Positions 61,088-64,000 of a stretch of DNA of 64,000 bases are shown here, in pieces. This DNA comes from an uncultured Alphaproteobacteria bacterium (lineage in GTDB: Bacteria > Pseudomonadota > Alphaproteobacteria > Rs-D84). How positions within the stretch are numbered: position 1 is the stretch's first letter; each line of letters begins with the position of its first letter. Location of the stretch: assembly GCA_947054455.1 (NCBI GenBank), contig CAMRWN010000002.1, positions 88,578 through 152,577 of the forward strand, in the 5' to 3' direction. The translations under genes were made by a program, and so were the position numbers. Under the pieces are notes generated by a model that was given only the letters and a program-made list of their open reading frames with translations, was not told the DNA's origin and did no database searches.

Positions 61088-62315
61088 CATCGCGCGGACG
61101 CAGCGGCCCAGACACATGCATGTCCGCCGCCGTCCGCGTACGGGACAGCGCGACATACGTCTGGCCGTGTGCAAACGCACCGCGGGAAATATCAACCACA
61201 ACCGAATCCAGTGTTTTTCCCTGGGCCTTGTGTATTGTCATGGCATAGCCCAGATTCAGCGGGAACTGTTTATAGGCGCCGACCTCGTTTTCCACCAGAC
61301 GGTCATTCTCGTCGCGCGAATATTCTATCTTCTGCCATTTTTCCGGTTTTACCACAACCGTGTCGCCCGTTCGATTAAGCAGACGCACCAATATTTCGCG
61401 GGCCGACATTGCCTGCACGACACCCATGGAACCGTTGTGCCACTTGTCCCCGTTTTTCACAAACACAACCAACGCACCAACCTTTAGCGTCAGTTTCAGC
61501 GGCGCCGGCACGTCGCGTTCCTGGAACGTTCCGGTCAGTTCCCCGTTGTACGTGATTTCAGGCGCCCCGATTTGATTCAGCCGGTCTGCGTTTATGCGTT
61601 CGGCCACAGCACGAAACGGCGTGATTATAACCGCCGTGGCGCGCGCGCTATCATCCGAAATTTTGCAATTGTTAAAGAATTCCAGCGCCGACATGTCATT
61701 GTTGCGCAAACGCATCAGATTATCCAGCAATGCACCGTCGTTCTGGCGATAAACGCATTCAAAATTAAACATCCTGAAATCCGCGCGCTTATAGGCGTGG
61801 CTGTCGAAAAAATACGCGTTTGGATGCATGTATTCGGCACTGTACTGCGCGACGGCCGACGCGGTTATAACGGGCGGCAATTGAAACAGGTCGCCAATCG
61901 CCACCACCTGCAGGCCGCCGAACGGCGCATTATTATGCCGCGCGGCGCGCGCCAGATAATCCATCGCATCCAGCAAATCCGGCGCAACCATCGATATTTC
62001 ATCAATAATCAGAACATCGGCCGCATTCAGTATGTTTCGCGGTTTTGCCTTCAGCTTCAACAATTCCATCATTATAAAATCGCGTGGCTGAATCTGGAAC
62101 AGCGAATGTATCGTCTGGCCGCCGATGTTAAGTGCCGACACAGCCGTGGGGCATGCGCATATGATGCGCTTTTTCGATGCCGATTTCAGATAATTGACAA
62201 AGGTTGACTTGCCGGTGCCGGCCTGGCCCATAATCAGCAGGTTTGCATTAGAACGCTCTATCGCGTCAAAGGCGGCCATCTGTGTTTCATTCAAAATCGG
62301 CGCAATACATGTCAT
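61035..62315 (-). CDS. Pif1/RecD-like SF1B helicase
   Basis: GQAGTGKS, IIDEISMV, GDLFQLPPV, QFPL…TIHKAQG, YVALSR. Confidence 0.93.
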   Translation of the reverse strand: MTCIAPILNETQMAAFDAIERSNANLLIMGQAGTGKSTFVNYLKSASKKRIICACPTAVSALNIGGQTIHSLFQIQPRDFIMMELLKLKAKPRNILNAADVLIIDEISMVAPDLLDAMDYLARAARHNNAPFGGLQVVAIGDLFQLPPVITASAVAQYSAEYMHPNAYFFDSHAYKRADFRMFNFECVYRQNDGALLDNLMRLRNNDMSALEFFNNCKISDDSARATAVIITPFRAVAERINADRLNQIGAPEITYNGELTGTFQERDVPAPLKLTLKVGALVVFVKNGDKWHNGSMGVVQAMSAREILVRLLNRTGDTVVVKPEKWQKIEYSRDENDRLVENEVGAYKQFPLNLGYAMTIHKAQGKTLDSVVVDISRGAFAHGQTYVALSRTRTAADMHVSGPLRPRDVIFDARVLDFVAANQTS

Positions 62316-62421
62316 ATCGGCCTTATATTTGCACACCGCGCACAAAAAATAAAGCGGATATTAAAATTATCTTTATTTTTGGCTTGCAACAAAATGTAAA
62401 TCATAATATAATGGCCGCCGT

Positions 62422-62498
62422 GGGTTAGTAGCTCAGTTGGTTAGAGCGGAGCGCTCATAACGCTTTGGTCGTGGGTTCAAGTCCTACCTAACCCACCA
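62422..62498 (+). tRNA. tRNA with CAT anticodon (probably Ile2; elongator Met possible)
   Basis: GGGTTAG…GAGCG-CT-CAT-AA-CGCTT…CTAACCCACCA; G1-C72 is paired, so not initiator. Confidence 0.93.
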
Positions 62499-62607
62499 AA
62501 GAATCTTTACAGGCACGCGTGGCGCGCCTGTTTTTTTATTATGTTTATTTTTCTCTTGCGCCATATGTTTGATTTTTTCTAGAATGACATATAAAAGAGA
62601 GGAAAAT

Positions 62608-64000
62608 ATGAGGAAAAAGCGCTGTTTCCTAGTTTTTTTAACGTCTTTGTGTCTTGCATTTTTTACCGCCGGCGCAATGGCGGCTGGCTATATTTGCCCG
62701 GATTTAAAGCAATATACATCCTGCAACACGGGGTATTATCTTAACTCGGCCGAGATAGGAAACGCGTGTGTTCTGTGCAGCACGGCGGCCAATAGAACAT
62801 CCACCCAATCATGCACGCGTACATGCACAACAACGGAACTGACCAACCTGCATGCGACAGCGGGAACCGTGTCCGGCGCAACGCAGACATGCGCGGGTAA
62901 TTTCCAGACGGGAACTGGCGGCGAGACCGTGGGAACGGGTTCGTGTAGCGGGTGTTCCACATGGGGAACATGCGGCGGCGGCACATGCGCGGCCACGTCG
63001 TGCGTCGCCGGCTATTATTTCGGCAGCAATACATGTTCGGCCTGTTCGGCGCTGAATAATACAGCAGTATTGTCAAACACGACAATAACGGGCGGCGGAA
63101 CACGCACAAACAAATGTACCGGCAAATACACCGGCGGTGCCGGCGGCACCAAGGGCAGCAGTGAATGTACAGGATGCAGCGCATCCACATGGTCATGCAC
63201 ATGTCCGGCGGGCTTCCACGCTGTAAATCAGGGTACCAGCACATGCAACTGCGAAGCGGACACAGTCAGCGTTTCTTATAATCTGAACGGCGGCGCCGGC
63301 ACGACGCCGACGGCGACAACATGCACACTGAACGCATCTTGCACGCTGCAGTCGGGCGACACCACGTCTTTCTATCGCGCAGGCTATGTGTTTACCGGCT
63401 GGTCCACGTCGACAACCGGCACAGGTTCGTCATCCGGCACGTTCAGCGCAAATACGACCGTTTATGCAATATGGACGCCGTGCGGCACCGGAAAATACAA
63501 GGGTGCCGGCACAAAAGCCGCCGCGGCATGCTCGGCATGTCCTGTGGCATATCCCAACACAACGGCAACGACATCGACCCTAATCACACAATGCTACAGC
63601 GGGACCAAGAAACGCTCGTCGACTGGCGCACACTTGGAAAAACTGCCCCAGGGCTGTAAAAGCGCAACATACACGGACTGCACCCCGGCGACATGCGATT
63701 ACGTAGCATATTCAAACAGCGCAGGCACCGGCGACGGCGAATTAAAAAGCGGCTGTGCGACAAACACCAATACATGCGACAAGCCTGTTAAAACCGTTAT
63801 CGCTGATGTGAACCACTGGGCGTCTTCGACGGCAACCAGCTGTACGGCATGCGATGCGTCCTATCCGTATTCACCCGCCGGAACAACGGCCGCGGGCAAA
63901 TGCTATCGCAACTGTACAACTGCCGACGTAAACGGCGCAACCGCGGTGTCCGGAACCGTCCTGCAGGAAGGAACACGCTCATGCCGCGCCACAACATGCG
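62608..64000 (+). CDS. Large secreted Cys/Thr/Gly-rich surface protein with an InlB B-repeat (3'-partial)
   Basis: SD GAGG, signal peptide MRKKRCF…AMAA, CxxC-rich repeats, VSYNLNGG…RAGYVFTGWST…TVYAIW; frame reads open to the window end. Confidence 0.88.
   Translation, partial: MRKKRCFLVFLTSLCLAFFTAGAMAAGYICPDLKQYTSCNTGYYLNSAEIGNACVLCSTAANRTSTQSCTRTCTTTELTNLHATAGTVSGATQTCAGNFQTGTGGETVGTGSCSGCSTWGTCGGGTCAATSCVAGYYFGSNTCSACSALNNTAVLSNTTITGGGTRTNKCTGKYTGGAGGTKGSSECTGCSASTWSCTCPAGFHAVNQGTSTCNCEADTVSVSYNLNGGAGTTPTATTCTLNASCTLQSGDTTSFYRAGYVFTGWSTSTTGTGSSSGTFSANTTVYAIWTPCGTGKYKGAGTKAAAACSACPVAYPNTTATTSTLITQCYSGTKKRSSTGAHLEKLPQGCKSATYTDCTPATCDYVAYSNSAGTGDGELKSGCATNTNTCDKPVKTVIADVNHWASSTATSCTACDASYPYSPAGTTAAGKCYRNCTTADVNGATAVSGTVLQEGTRSCRATTC

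Overview
64 kb of mostly housekeeping chromosome from a host-associated alphaproteobacterium. The evidence for that class is the two-piece permuted tmRNA, DUF1013/TrcR, DUF2155 and a TipN-like protein. The many Cys-rich secreted orphans and anaerobe-type enzymes suggest a gut Rs-D84/'Ca. Enterousia'-like lineage (inference). Core genes: dnaE, rsmH, gpmI, tadA, rsmD, rplY, dnaK, pfkA, gdhA, rpsP-rimM-trmD-rplS, tsaD, xseA, recN, split addA, rpoD, cysS, fused accDA, amiC, frameshifted prfB, obgE, tsaB-rimI and a Pif1-like helicase, plus 5 tRNAs and tmRNA. Most notable: (1) an AT-rich islet at the tRNA-Ser(CGA) 3' end encoding a MuF-motif/peptidoglycan-binding/Tlde1 (DUF2778) toxin and a candidate immunity gene, with an unannotated second Tlde1 catalytic fragment and a homologous trailer at the other tRNA-Ser; (2) a Lon ATPase with no protease domain that ends in an IGF (ClpP-docking-like) tail; (3) a structured leader RNA motif present twice; (4) an Mpi-like invertase next to an apparently decapitated ADP-ribosyltransferase-like effector gene; (5) a sigma70 with a broken tryptophan dyad; (6) a tiny T-loop insertion/duplication at tRNA-Arg. 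All family calls come from reading motifs by eye; no searches were run.
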